This document shows positions 9,169 to 19,613 of a DNA stretch of 35,959 nucleotides, in pieces (the stretch's first letter is position 1; the number at the start of each line of letters is the position of its first letter). The stretch is from the NCBI GenBank assembly GCA_016181305.1, contig JACOZN010000006.1, forward strand, positions 1 to 35,959, in the 5' to 3' direction. The notes beneath the pieces were generated by a model. That model saw only the letters and a program-made list of their open reading frames with translations, was not told where the DNA came from and made no database searches. The translations under genes and the position numbers were made by a program. The DNA is from Candidatus Woesearchaeota archaeon (GTDB lineage: Archaea > Nanobdellota > Nanobdellia > Woesearchaeales > GW2011-AR4).

Positions 9169-10197
9169 CTACTCACAGCACATTACCATCCTTGCAGCAA
9201 GCCTTATCTCTGCTGCTGTTGCCTTCAGGTTTTCCACAATTTTGGCTACTGCAACAAGGCCTGTATATTCTGGCTTGCGCTTGCGGCTTCCGCATTCATG
9301 GCTGTACTCTTCAAGTATCCTGTCGCATGCGGATGTCCTATCCTTATGGGAATCCTCGATCAGGAAAGAAACTTGCCTGTCATTGGTGTAATATGCCTTC
9401 ATAACCTCATTGTAAGACTCGCTTATGTCTGTGTGAACCCTGTCCAGCTGTGCAAGGGTAGCCCTGTCAAGGCTGGATGTGCATACATACCTTGCAATCC
9501 TTTTCTGCCTGTCAGCTATTTTCTCAAGCCTCAGGATGATATGCGAGTCATTATGAAGCTGCCACACATTCAATCCAAGCGATTTTGCAATTCTTGGGTT
9601 TTTCATCGCATTTTTTATAACCCTGTAGCCCAGAAAGAACAGCCTGTTCACGTCAGTGTCCCTGTTTACTATGCTGTCGTAATTGCACTCCCCCCTGCAG
9701 CACAAGATGCAGTCCTCCATCATCGCCCTTGTTATTATGTCCATCCGCCTTATTATGTTGGCAATGGATATATCATTCACGTTGATCAGGTTTTTTGCAG
9801 TTATCCTGGTTGAAGTCTGCTCCATGATCTCCAGGCCTGAAAGGTTCCTTATTATCTCTTTTATCCTTGGGACTTCCTTGCTGCCGCTCTCAAGCAGGAT
9901 GGTGATTGTGTCGTAGCCGTTAAGGTAGGAGCTTACAATCTCTGACTTAAGAATTCCAAGGCTCTTGCCCTTGGCGTCTATGCTCGCTTCTTTTGAGTCC
10001 GGCTTTTTCTCCTGCTGTCCCGCGCTTAATACAAGCTCAACCCCGTCGTCGCTTACAGAAATCAAGTCGCCTTTTTTCAGGTTATTTTTTTCAACCCAGC
10101 CCTTCGGCATTGACACAATGTAAGAGCCCTTGCCAAAGCTTATCAGTTTTCTGACGTCAATGATTACCACCCTTTGTTTTAGCAGGTTGTGCATCAA
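9169..10197 (-). CDS. AbrB/MazE N-domain + PhoU-domain regulator (copy 2). Start may be ATT 10161
   Basis: DVRKLISFGKGSYIVSMPKGWVEKNNLKKGDLISV AbrB motif. PhoU-like RDTDVNRLFFL and LEKIAD. Confidence 0.85.
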   Translation of the reverse strand: MMHNLLKQRVVIIDVRKLISFGKGSYIVSMPKGWVEKNNLKKGDLISVSDDGVELVLSAGQQEKKPDSKEASIDAKGKSLGILKSEIVSSYLNGYDTITILLESGSKEVPRIKEIIRNLSGLEIMEQTSTRITAKNLINVNDISIANIIRRMDIITRAMMEDCILCCRGECNYDSIVNRDTDVNRLFFLGYRVIKNAMKNPRIAKSLGLNVWQLHNDSHIILRLEKIADRQKRIARYVCTSSLDRATLAQLDRVHTDISESYNEVMKAYYTNDRQVSFLIEDSHKDRTSACDRILEEYSHECGSRKRKPEYTGLVAVAKIVENLKATAAEIRLAARMVMCCE

Positions 10198-10348
10198 AAT
10201 ACCTATATAAAGATTGTTATTGGGAGTTATAGATATTGGAGAATATATTCTACTATATAGGGAGTTTAATTTTTATATATTATATATGTTATATAGATTA
10301 ACTATTTATATTCCTTTAATGATTATCAATAAAGAGGGGGTGATGAGG

Positions 10349-10495
10349 ATGCTGAAAAGGAAGTACCAAAGGGATGAAGAGAGCGACGACGACATAAGCA
10401 TCTATTCAAAGAGCGTGCGCGAGTCGCTGCTCGACGACGACGAGCTTAGCCCCATGGAAGAGGCGTTCATGAATGGCTATGAGGACGCTGTATAA
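10349..10495 (+). CDS. Acidic microprotein, 48 aa (MLKRKYQRDEESDDDISIYSKSVRESLLDDDELSPMEEAFMNGYEDAV)
   Basis: GGGGGTGA SD at 10336-10343. The track's TTG extension to 10214 runs through AT-rich promoter DNA. Confidence 0.7.
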   Translation: MLKRKYQRDEESDDDISIYSKSVRESLLDDDELSPMEEAFMNGYEDAV

Positions 10496-10536
10496 AATAA
10501 TCAATGCAAGAATTAATTGTGAAAAGGGTGGTAAAA

Positions 10537-10677
10537 ATGGCCAGATACATCTGCATCAATTGCGGGACATTCATCACAAAGAGTGCCTTAAGCGACCCTT
10601 ACATGTGCAGGGACTGTGAAAAATTGCTTGAAGGCGAAGGCAGGGAAGAAAGGTTTACATACCTTGACAATTACTGA
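10537..10677 (+). CDS. Zinc-ribbon microprotein, 46 aa (MARYICINCGTFITKSALSDPYMCRDCEKLLEGEGREERFTYLDNY)
   Basis: Hand translation. CxxC...CxDC, with a GGGTGGT SD 4 nt before the ATG. Not in the ORF track. Confidence 0.7.
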   Translation: MARYICINCGTFITKSALSDPYMCRDCEKLLEGEGREERFTYLDNY

Positions 10678-10682
10678 TCAAA

Positions 10683-10964
10683 ATGAAGCTTCATCAGCAG
10701 TTTGACTTGAACCTGAAAACCATAAACGATTTTGGAAGAGAGCTGTTGGCTATTCCTCCTTACATAGTGGAGGAGCTGGCGGCAAAACTCACAAAAAAGG
10801 GCTATACGGTCATTAAGTCATCTGCGTACTACATGGGCATTCCCCAAAGCATAACGGTCATAAAGGACTTTACAGGGCCTTTTGTAACAAGGTTTTCCAT
10901 GAAGATAAGGGAAGATTTCAGCGATGTTTCCAAAGCCCTTGGAATTGAGAAATTGTTTGAGTGA
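10683..10964 (+). CDS. Hypothetical protein, 93 aa
   Basis: Starts 5 nt after the zinc-ribbon ORF stop, so probably co-transcribed. Confidence 0.65.
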   Translation: MKLHQQFDLNLKTINDFGRELLAIPPYIVEELAAKLTKKGYTVIKSSAYYMGIPQSITVIKDFTGPFVTRFSMKIREDFSDVSKALGIEKLFE

Positions 10965-11459
10965 CTACAGCAGCAATTCCAGCTGGTGGAACTTGTATCC
11001 GGCAACTTCAATGTCTCCTTTTTTCTCGAAGCCAAATTTTTGGTAAATCTCCATGGCTTTTTCAAAGTCAGGAGCCGCTAATGTGCGGATGCGCTTGAGC
11101 CCGTATATTGCAGTTTTGGCAACCCCGATTATTATGCCCAATATGGTTGCTTCTATATTATGTTCTTGATATTTTGGATCTATGCAAACATGGTACAGAA
11201 ACGAGTCGCTTTTTCCGTCAAACTCGAATGTTGGAGGGCTGCCGCGGATCAAAAAGCCGCTTCCGACTAAAGTTTCTTTGTTGTTTGCAAAAACATAAAA
11301 CAGATGTTTGTATTTAAGATGAACGCCTTTCATCAGCCTGTGCTCAGCCTCAACCTGCTGGGCACCCCTATCGCTTGCGCTGTACCTTTTCACTAAATCT
11401 GAGAGGTGCATTGCGCGCTCCGGGTTCATATCGCTTTCCAGCTGGTAGAGTAAATCCAT
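10965..11459 (-). CDS. GNAT-family N-acetyltransferase
   Basis: LVGSG, LYHVCIDPKYQEHNI (motif A) and AMEIYQKFGF (motif B). Confidence 0.7.
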   Translation of the reverse strand: MDLLYQLESDMNPERAMHLSDLVKRYSASDRGAQQVEAEHRLMKGVHLKYKHLFYVFANNKETLVGSGFLIRGSPPTFEFDGKSDSFLYHVCIDPKYQEHNIEATILGIIIGVAKTAIYGLKRIRTLAAPDFEKAMEIYQKFGFEKKGDIEVAGYKFHQLELLL

Positions 11460-11589
11460 ACATGGCTAATATGGATTTTTGAGCTTATAAACTTATTTTG
11501 CATATTATATGCTTAATATGCGTAAATACCGCCATCTTTAATCCGGGCTTGTCGAGAATTTATGATGACAGAAAAATTTTTTGAGTGAA

Positions 11590-12180
11590 TTAAACTGCAA
11601 TTGTTTGGGCTGGGTTTAAGCTTAATTCTACTCTTGGAAAACTAAATTTAAAATCCCCAATGGTGAATTCAACTTCGCCTGTTTTTCTATAGCCAAGGCT
11701 TAAATAATGCTTAAGGTTTTTTTCAAAGATAGAAAAAGCATCAATAGTCCTTATGCCGCAATTTCCAGCCCGTTCTATAATAATATCATAAATTTTTTTC
11801 CCCAAAAGATGCTTCTTATATTCAGGGCGGACATACATTCCATATAAAAATGCATCAATGCCATTGGCTGCAAAGTCGGGAAACTTTCCATGAGCCAAAA
11901 AGCCGTTTCCTGCCAAAACTCCATTATCAAATGCAAAAACAGAAATTACAGGATTTTTCTTCAATACACTAATTTCGTCTGGAGAGTACATTGACAGATA
12001 AGTTTCCAGTTCCCTTTGCGAAAAAGCATTCTGGCGCTTATTCGCATCATCCAGCGATGACTTAACAACATTATGGACTTCTTCAGCCAAATCCCTTCCC
12101 AATACGGGGCTGGTAGTTAACAGGTACTCTATCATTTTTACAAAGCCAACAGGGCATGATTTATAAAGATATTGCCGCAT
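11590..12180 (-). CDS. GNAT-family N-acetyltransferase
   Basis: LAGNG, LYGMYVRPEYKKHLLGKKI and YLSLGY. The true start may be an internal Met. Confidence 0.7.
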   Translation of the reverse strand: MRQYLYKSCPVGFVKMIEYLLTTSPVLGRDLAEEVHNVVKSSLDDANKRQNAFSQRELETYLSMYSPDEISVLKKNPVISVFAFDNGVLAGNGFLAHGKFPDFAANGIDAFLYGMYVRPEYKKHLLGKKIYDIIIERAGNCGIRTIDAFSIFEKNLKHYLSLGYRKTGEVEFTIGDFKFSFPRVELSLNPAQTIAV

Positions 12181-12341
12181 ATAAGGGGGTTATATTGAAA
12201 AATTGATGTTGTTTAAAATGGCAGAATTTGCCCATTTTAACCATTATAAAGCCATTCTGGGAGCGAAAGATTTATATAGTCCGAGCCTATAAAAAATAGT
12301 GAATTCGGGTGCTGTTTTATAGACGATAAAATTGGTTTTAA

Positions 12342-14324
<1,983 letters not shown>

Positions 14325-14351
14325 GAAGTATATTTCTGAATATAACAAGCT

Positions 14352-14412
14352 ATTACAAGCGGGTTTCCTCCTTCATGCATGCATCAAGAGGACGCTCACG
14401 TGTTTTTTGAAT
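14352..14412. repeat. Dispersed ~60-bp intergenic repeat, copy 1
   Basis: ATTACAAGCGGGTTTCCTCCTTCATGCATGCATCAAGAGGACGCTCACGTGTTTTTTGAAT. It differs from 32708-32767 by 5 substitutions and 1 indel. Confidence 0.85.
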
Positions 14413-14497
14413 ATTTTTATATCCCTTAATGCTTTTTTGACAGATTTTAAATACACATTTACTAAACATTGCTATGTGTTTTAAGTCAAACTTATCC

Positions 14498-15226
14498 TTA
14501 TTTTCTTAATCCTGTGAACCTATAAGCAAAGTAAGGAAGTATATCTCCTTTTGCATTATATGGTTTTTTGCTCCGAACTAAAACTGGGCTTTCTACTGAC
14601 TCCGGGTTGTGATATTTTCTTATCACGTTCTCCAAACTTGGCGAATTCAAATCAGGAAGCCTTTCAAAAGCAACATGACTTTTAGCTCCTGTTTCTACAG
14701 AATACCGATATGCAATATAATTTCCACCTGATTTCATTAGTAGCAGGCCTCTGCCAAGAATTTCATCGCCCAATATATTATCCGGGGTGATTTGGACTTG
14801 AAATCTTACATTCTCCGATAATTCCTTGATAATTGATTCAACATGCTGTTCATAAGGCAAAAGAAATTGTTGGAGTATCCGCGAGTCTGCAAGATTCTTG
14901 GAATCCGCATAAGCGTGGCCGGGTATCATAAAATGAATAAGGGATGCTAGTGGCTCCAAGCTGCCAGTTTGCCTTGCACGTTCCAGTAATCTATGCATAG
15001 ATTCTCCTGTTGCCTTGCCAATAAATTCCTTGAATGGCAGCTTTGCATTATGGTCAAAACCAATTCTCGCCGCCACTTCTCGGCTTCTGCTGGCAAGTTC
15101 ATCTAATAATGGAAAATCTCCAACTTGAATCCCTCTTATTGGATATACAAGTCTGACTGGATGCTGTTCGTTCATAGGCCTTAAAGAACTGTTTTGGATT
15201 TTTAAATATTTCGTTTTTGTAACCAC
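14498..15226 (-). CDS. Hypothetical protein, up to 242 aa
   Basis: Long ORF with no recognised motif. The start is uncertain. Confidence 0.6.
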   Translation of the reverse strand: MVTKTKYLKIQNSSLRPMNEQHPVRLVYPIRGIQVGDFPLLDELASRSREVAARIGFDHNAKLPFKEFIGKATGESMHRLLERARQTGSLEPLASLIHFMIPGHAYADSKNLADSRILQQFLLPYEQHVESIIKELSENVRFQVQITPDNILGDEILGRGLLLMKSGGNYIAYRYSVETGAKSHVAFERLPDLNSPSLENVIRKYHNPESVESPVLVRSKKPYNAKGDILPYFAYRFTGLRK

Positions 15227-15348
15227 CCTTAAGTCAATAAAATTTATTCACCGGATTTGGATTGGATCACTTACAATTCTATAAATACCACATCATTAAA
15301 AAACTTTAAATACACATTCTTGAATTTTCAATCAAAAAGGGGTGGAAG

Positions 15349-17217
15349 ATGAGGATTTATTTACCTGCATTAGTTTTTATTTTATTAAGCTTTGATTCTT
15401 ATGCTTTCTGGCAAACCTACCAGAATGACTTGAGGAACACGGGCAGTTCTAATGGCACAGGGTATTTTCCGCTGAAGACAGCAAATTTTAGTGTTGATAT
15501 AGGAATGGATTTCCAGCCTCTGGCGGATGACTTGGACAACAACGGCAACACTGAAATTGTGATTTTTTCAAACAATTCACTGGTAATATTCAATCCGCAA
15601 TTGGATATTTTAACTCAAACAAAAATCGGCGCAATACTTGGGCAGCCTGCCCTATTCAATTTTGACGATGACAATCCGGTTGAAATAATATTCAATGCAA
15701 GGCAGAATTCAACAGATTATTTTTTTGGCTACCAATTCGGCAATTCAAGCCTGCAGCAGGAATTCAACATAACGCTTGCAAACAATGCCAGCTTTGGAGG
15801 GATAAAATGCTATTCTGACGGCTCTGGCTATTGCGTATTCAAGGACAAGAAAAACTATGTGCACATAGTGAATTTAAGCACTAGGACAGACAGCTCCTAC
15901 AACACGTCAGTTTATGAAGAGATTCAGCAGACAGTCCCCGCTATAGGCGACATTGACAATGACGGCAGCTTGGAGGCTGTTTTCTGGTTCAACGAGGACA
16001 ACAACTTTGACTATGGGTTTCTTGTATTTGACCTTGGCAACAGGAGTCTAGACACAAATTTTAATGGAAGGGGGATTATTGACAATATATACGAGCCGTT
16101 TGCATCCAATTATGTGCTGAAAGGGCAGCCTGTTTTGGCGGATTTAAACAATGACGGCAAACTGGAGATTGCGGCAAGCGTTTTTTTTGATGATGTTACA
16201 AATGTCGATGCTACAACTGACTGGTTTACAGAGCTCTTTGTATTTAATAACAGTGGTGGTAAATTATTTTCAAAATGCAGCCAAAGTTCCGGGGGAAGCT
16301 GCAATGATGAATCCAGCGAAAAGAGCAAATGGGAAGGCACAAACCCTTTTGTCATGGATTATGATAAAAATGGGGTTGATGAGATTTGCTTTATAAAAGA
16401 CAAAAAAGGAGGATCGATTTCCATGGCAATCAATTGCTATAATTATTCCGGAGATCAAATTCTGGAGTCACGGGTAACCCCATCAACAGTTACTGTCAAA
16501 ACAGCAATAACTGCGGATATTAATAATGATGGTAATAAAGAGATTATAACTGAAAAACAGGTATACACTCAAAATGGAAGCTCTATTTTTGAGCTTCAAC
16601 TTGGCTCTAACTTTGTTATCCCTGTTGACTTAGACGGCAACAATGGCTTGGATTTAGTTTGGACTTCAGGCAGCCAGACAAAAGTGTTTCTGGACAACGA
16701 TAACTACAGCATTGATTTAAGCGTTAATAGTAATGATATCAGTTTCTTGAAAATAAACAAAACCCATGTAAATGTCTCTGCAATGGTTAATAACATTGGA
16801 GAGGTTGAAGCTAACGGAATTAAAACAATAATTTATAATGCTGAGACACTGGAGAATAAAACTGCATTATTAAACATAAGAAAAGGAAGTAATTTGACTT
16901 TTAGCTCTGTTTTAGCTTTGAAAGAAAATGAAAAAGTCATGGTAAGCGCTGATTTTGACAATGAGATAAATGAAAGCAATGAAGAGAACAATTTTGCATT
17001 CAGGGAGTTTATTGATTTGCCTCTTGTCTTTGTAAGTGCAGATGTTGAGCCTTTTACCCTAAATTCAGAGTTCAGGGATTACATTAAAAACAAGCTGGTT
17101 TCAGGGTATTATACAGCAGACTCGGGCAGGGCTGATGTCGAGGTTTACATCGGCAAGAACAACCCAAGGAACAAGGACAATAACATCAGAACATTGAGGG
17201 AGTTTGAGTTTGGATGA
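15349..17217 (+). CDS. Secreted FG-GAP/VCBS-repeat (beta-propeller) protein with CARDB-like Ig domain
   Basis: Signal peptide. Repeated DxDxDGxxE/D loops (DLDNNGNTEI, DIDNDGSLEA, DLNNDGKLEI, DYDKNGVDEI, DINNDGNKEI, DLDGNNGLDL). VNNIG...ADFDNEINESNEENN CARDB signature. GGGGTGG SD. Confidence 0.85.
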   Translation: MRIYLPALVFILLSFDSYAFWQTYQNDLRNTGSSNGTGYFPLKTANFSVDIGMDFQPLADDLDNNGNTEIVIFSNNSLVIFNPQLDILTQTKIGAILGQPALFNFDDDNPVEIIFNARQNSTDYFFGYQFGNSSLQQEFNITLANNASFGGIKCYSDGSGYCVFKDKKNYVHIVNLSTRTDSSYNTSVYEEIQQTVPAIGDIDNDGSLEAVFWFNEDNNFDYGFLVFDLGNRSLDTNFNGRGIIDNIYEPFASNYVLKGQPVLADLNNDGKLEIAASVFFDDVTNVDATTDWFTELFVFNNSGGKLFSKCSQSSGGSCNDESSEKSKWEGTNPFVMDYDKNGVDEICFIKDKKGGSISMAINCYNYSGDQILESRVTPSTVTVKTAITADINNDGNKEIITEKQVYTQNGSSIFELQLGSNFVIPVDLDGNNGLDLVWTSGSQTKVFLDNDNYSIDLSVNSNDISFLKINKTHVNVSAMVNNIGEVEANGIKTIIYNAETLENKTALLNIRKGSNLTFSSVLALKENEKVMVSADFDNEINESNEENNFAFREFIDLPLVFVSADVEPFTLNSEFRDYIKNKLVSGYYTADSGRADVEVYIGKNNPRNKDNNIRTLREFEFG

Positions 17218-18403
17218 TGGCGGAAGGGTAAAAATAATGATTGTCGGCAATGAGATTGAAGGGGATATTAATGGGGCTAAGGAGTTTATCAAAAATCAGG
17301 CAACGCTGCTTAATGCTAAAGATAAAGATGCAGTATTTGTTGATGATGAAAATGCCGATGCTGTGAAAGTTTATGATTATTTGCATTTAGGGGGCAATGA
17401 AGAGCATTATAAGCTGCAAAATGAGGAGTTCAGGAAAATAGTCAAAAATGCCTTGAATGACGAGATGTTCAGTGTTTTTGACAAGGATGTATTAACCAGC
17501 AACGGAATAACATTAAGGCTGAGGAATTTGAAGCCGAATATTTCAAGCGATTATCTGGAGTATTTGAATTCTACAGGAGTTCCAACAGAGCTGCCTGTGG
17601 TGCTGGCTCATGGCTTGTTCAGCAATTTAACAACCTGGGAAGTTTTAGGAGCTGAGATTTCCAACACCGGAAGGGACACATGGCTTATTGAAATAACAGG
17701 AGGCACAGGGCAGGACTGCGATAACTGCATTGACTACACTTTTTATAATTTGACTGACATTTTTGTTCCTGCACTGCTGAATGGCATTTTGAATTTTACC
17801 AATAAAGACAAAATACAATATGTCGGATTCAGCAATGGCTGTCGTGCAGCTTTGGACAGTTTGGAAAGAGGAAAGTTTGATTCAAACAAGGTTGAGATGT
17901 TTGTGGCTGTTGGGTGTCCGGGAGGGTTTGAGGGGAATAGTACTATGGGAAATATAATAAAATCAAAAAATGGTCAAATTTCAAGAAACTTAGAATCTAA
18001 GAATATTAAGCATCCATCGTTTGGGGAATTAGCGGTAATCGGACTTCTGGACAAGAATTATATCTCAAAAACACAAGAAGGTAGAATCTCTTTAAATTTA
18101 TATAAATTTTATGAAAATATAATATCTTCAATTAATGACTCGGAACCTGGTAATATTCCTATTCAAAATTTTATTATTGTTCAGGGTAGTGCTCTTTCAA
18201 GTGATGATGGAATAGTCACAATTAAGGATGAAGAGAAAATTTATCAAAACATTGATTCAACTAATAAAAAATATTTTGATATATTCGCTACACATATAAG
18301 TTTAGATGATAGACAAAGTACTAAAAACATCGTAAGAAAATCATTAAATAAACAACCATACAATTTTTATGAAAGAACCATAAACTTAATAAATGAAAGT
18401 TAA
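17204..18403 (+). CDS. Alpha/beta-hydrolase (lipase-like), possibly the frame-broken C-terminus of the 15349 protein
   Basis: PVVLAHGLFS oxyanion motif, VGFSNG nucleophile elbow (GxSxG), and candidate Asp (DDGIV) and His (ATHISL). No ATG at the 5' end; overlaps the upstream ORF in the +1 frame. Confidence 0.75.
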   Translation: MSLDDGGRVKIMIVGNEIEGDINGAKEFIKNQATLLNAKDKDAVFVDDENADAVKVYDYLHLGGNEEHYKLQNEEFRKIVKNALNDEMFSVFDKDVLTSNGITLRLRNLKPNISSDYLEYLNSTGVPTELPVVLAHGLFSNLTTWEVLGAEISNTGRDTWLIEITGGTGQDCDNCIDYTFYNLTDIFVPALLNGILNFTNKDKIQYVGFSNGCRAALDSLERGKFDSNKVEMFVAVGCPGGFEGNSTMGNIIKSKNGQISRNLESKNIKHPSFGELAVIGLLDKNYISKTQEGRISLNLYKFYENIISSINDSEPGNIPIQNFIIVQGSALSSDDGIVTIKDEEKIYQNIDSTNKKYFDIFATHISLDDRQSTKNIVRKSLNKQPYNFYERTINLINES

Positions 18404-18668
18404 TAATGATGGAAAAATGATAAAAAACAAACAATTATTGTATATTCTCTTAGTAGGTTTGTCTTTAAGTTTGGTAATGGGGCTTATTAGCTATATAACA
18501 CTTCAAAAATGTACTGACAATATTGGTTGTCTCTTATATTTTACAATACCCCTATTACCAGGTATATTACTAAATTTGAAGGGTAATATAAGTATAATGG
18601 TTAGTCTTATCTTCTGGTTCCTTCTCGGCTCTTTAATCGGCTTTTTGGTTTATAAGGTAAAAAAATAA
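18393..18668 (+). CDS. Small membrane protein with 2-3 TM segments
   Basis: Hydrophobic stretches; overlaps the hydrolase stop. Confidence 0.65.
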   Translation: MKVNNDGKMIKNKQLLYILLVGLSLSLVMGLISYITLQKCTDNIGCLLYFTIPLLPGILLNLKGNISIMVSLIFWFLLGSLIGFLVYKVKK

Positions 18669-18674
18669 ATATTT

Positions 18675-19613
18675 TTAATAAATACTCTCAAAGAATTGTG
18701 GATAATATTTATAATAAATACAATATTTTTTAAGTACTTCTGTTTTTATACCTATCTTTTTACTTGGATTTGATCTTAGTTTTTTATCTTGCTTGATAAG
18801 GGAATCTATATGCATTTTTTCTTTTAATGAGATTATAGGACAATCTATATCTAGAATTTCTTGAGTATTCCTGCAAAAATAGAAATTTGATAATTCTTTT
18901 TTTAATATTCCTATATCCAACTCTTTACAGAATATAACACCGAATGTATACATTCTTTTTGTATCCTTATAGGATAAATTGAACATAGGTATATATGCAA
19001 TCTCTTCTATTTGATTTCTTAACCCATTTTGAATCGAGGTTATTAAAATTGAATTTAACATTTTTGGAAAGTCTTTGATATCTTTTAGCATTACTTCTCC
19101 AGGGAGGTATTGTTGATATTTCGTCTTGAAATTTTTTAATGCTTCTAAACTACTTGGAGATTCACCTTCAATAGTCACCAAAAGAAAGTCATTCGCTTTA
19201 GCATGTGATGAAATTATTTCCACATCAGATATCATCGATTCATCTATTTCTTTATCATAATCTAACCATACAAATAATTTGTCATTCCAAGGTGCAAATC
19301 TTTGAAAATATTCTTGAGAATCGCAAATATTTAACTTTACAAAGTCAAATGGTTTATTAAATTTAAATCTAATCTTATCATCTTTTTTATTTTCAATCGA
19401 AGTCATTTTATTTATGTTAAGATACTTATGGAACATAATAAAATCTGCAAAGTAAACAGAACCAAACCCAATATAATGATATTTATCTATTTCAATTTTT
19501 ATAGAAGCACTTAGGTGTAATAATGCCTCAATGATAAGCTTACGCTCAATTTGCTTTTTAAGACGTAATAAATAATTTACTTTCTCATAACTATACTCTA
19601 CTAGATTAGTCAT
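18675..19613 (-). CDS. Uncharacterised class I SAM-dependent methyltransferase (putative O-methyltransferase type)
   Basis: VNYxLRxxKxIERK N-terminus, YIGFGSVYFADF glycine loop, SIE acidic motif and VWLDYD. 8-nt overlap with the upstream ATPase. Confidence 0.65.
   Translation of the reverse strand: MTNLVEYSYEKVNYLLRLKKQIERKLIIEALLHLSASIKIEIDKYHYIGFGSVYFADFIMFHKYLNINKMTSIENKKDDKIRFKFNKPFDFVKLNICDSQEYFQRFAPWNDKLFVWLDYDKEIDESMISDVEIISSHAKANDFLLVTIEGESPSSLEALKNFKTKYQQYLPGEVMLKDIKDFPKMLNSILITSIQNGLRNQIEEIAYIPMFNLSYKDTKRMYTFGVIFCKELDIGILKKELSNFYFCRNTQEILDIDCPIISLKEKMHIDSLIKQDKKLRSNPSKKIGIKTEVLKKYCIYYKYYPQFFESIY

Noticed and set aside
10214-10348. N-terminal TTG extension of the 10214-10495 ORF
   Set aside because: It runs through AT-rich promoter DNA, and the SD points to ATG 10349.
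11540-11585. ATGATGA box-C-like word
   Set aside because: No CTGA box D at a suitable distance.
14352-14412. Dispersed repeat as a CRISPR repeat, hammerhead ribozyme or C/D-box RNA
   Set aside because: There are only two copies 18 kb apart with no spacers, and no CUGANGA/GAAA core or RUGAUGA/CUGA box pair.
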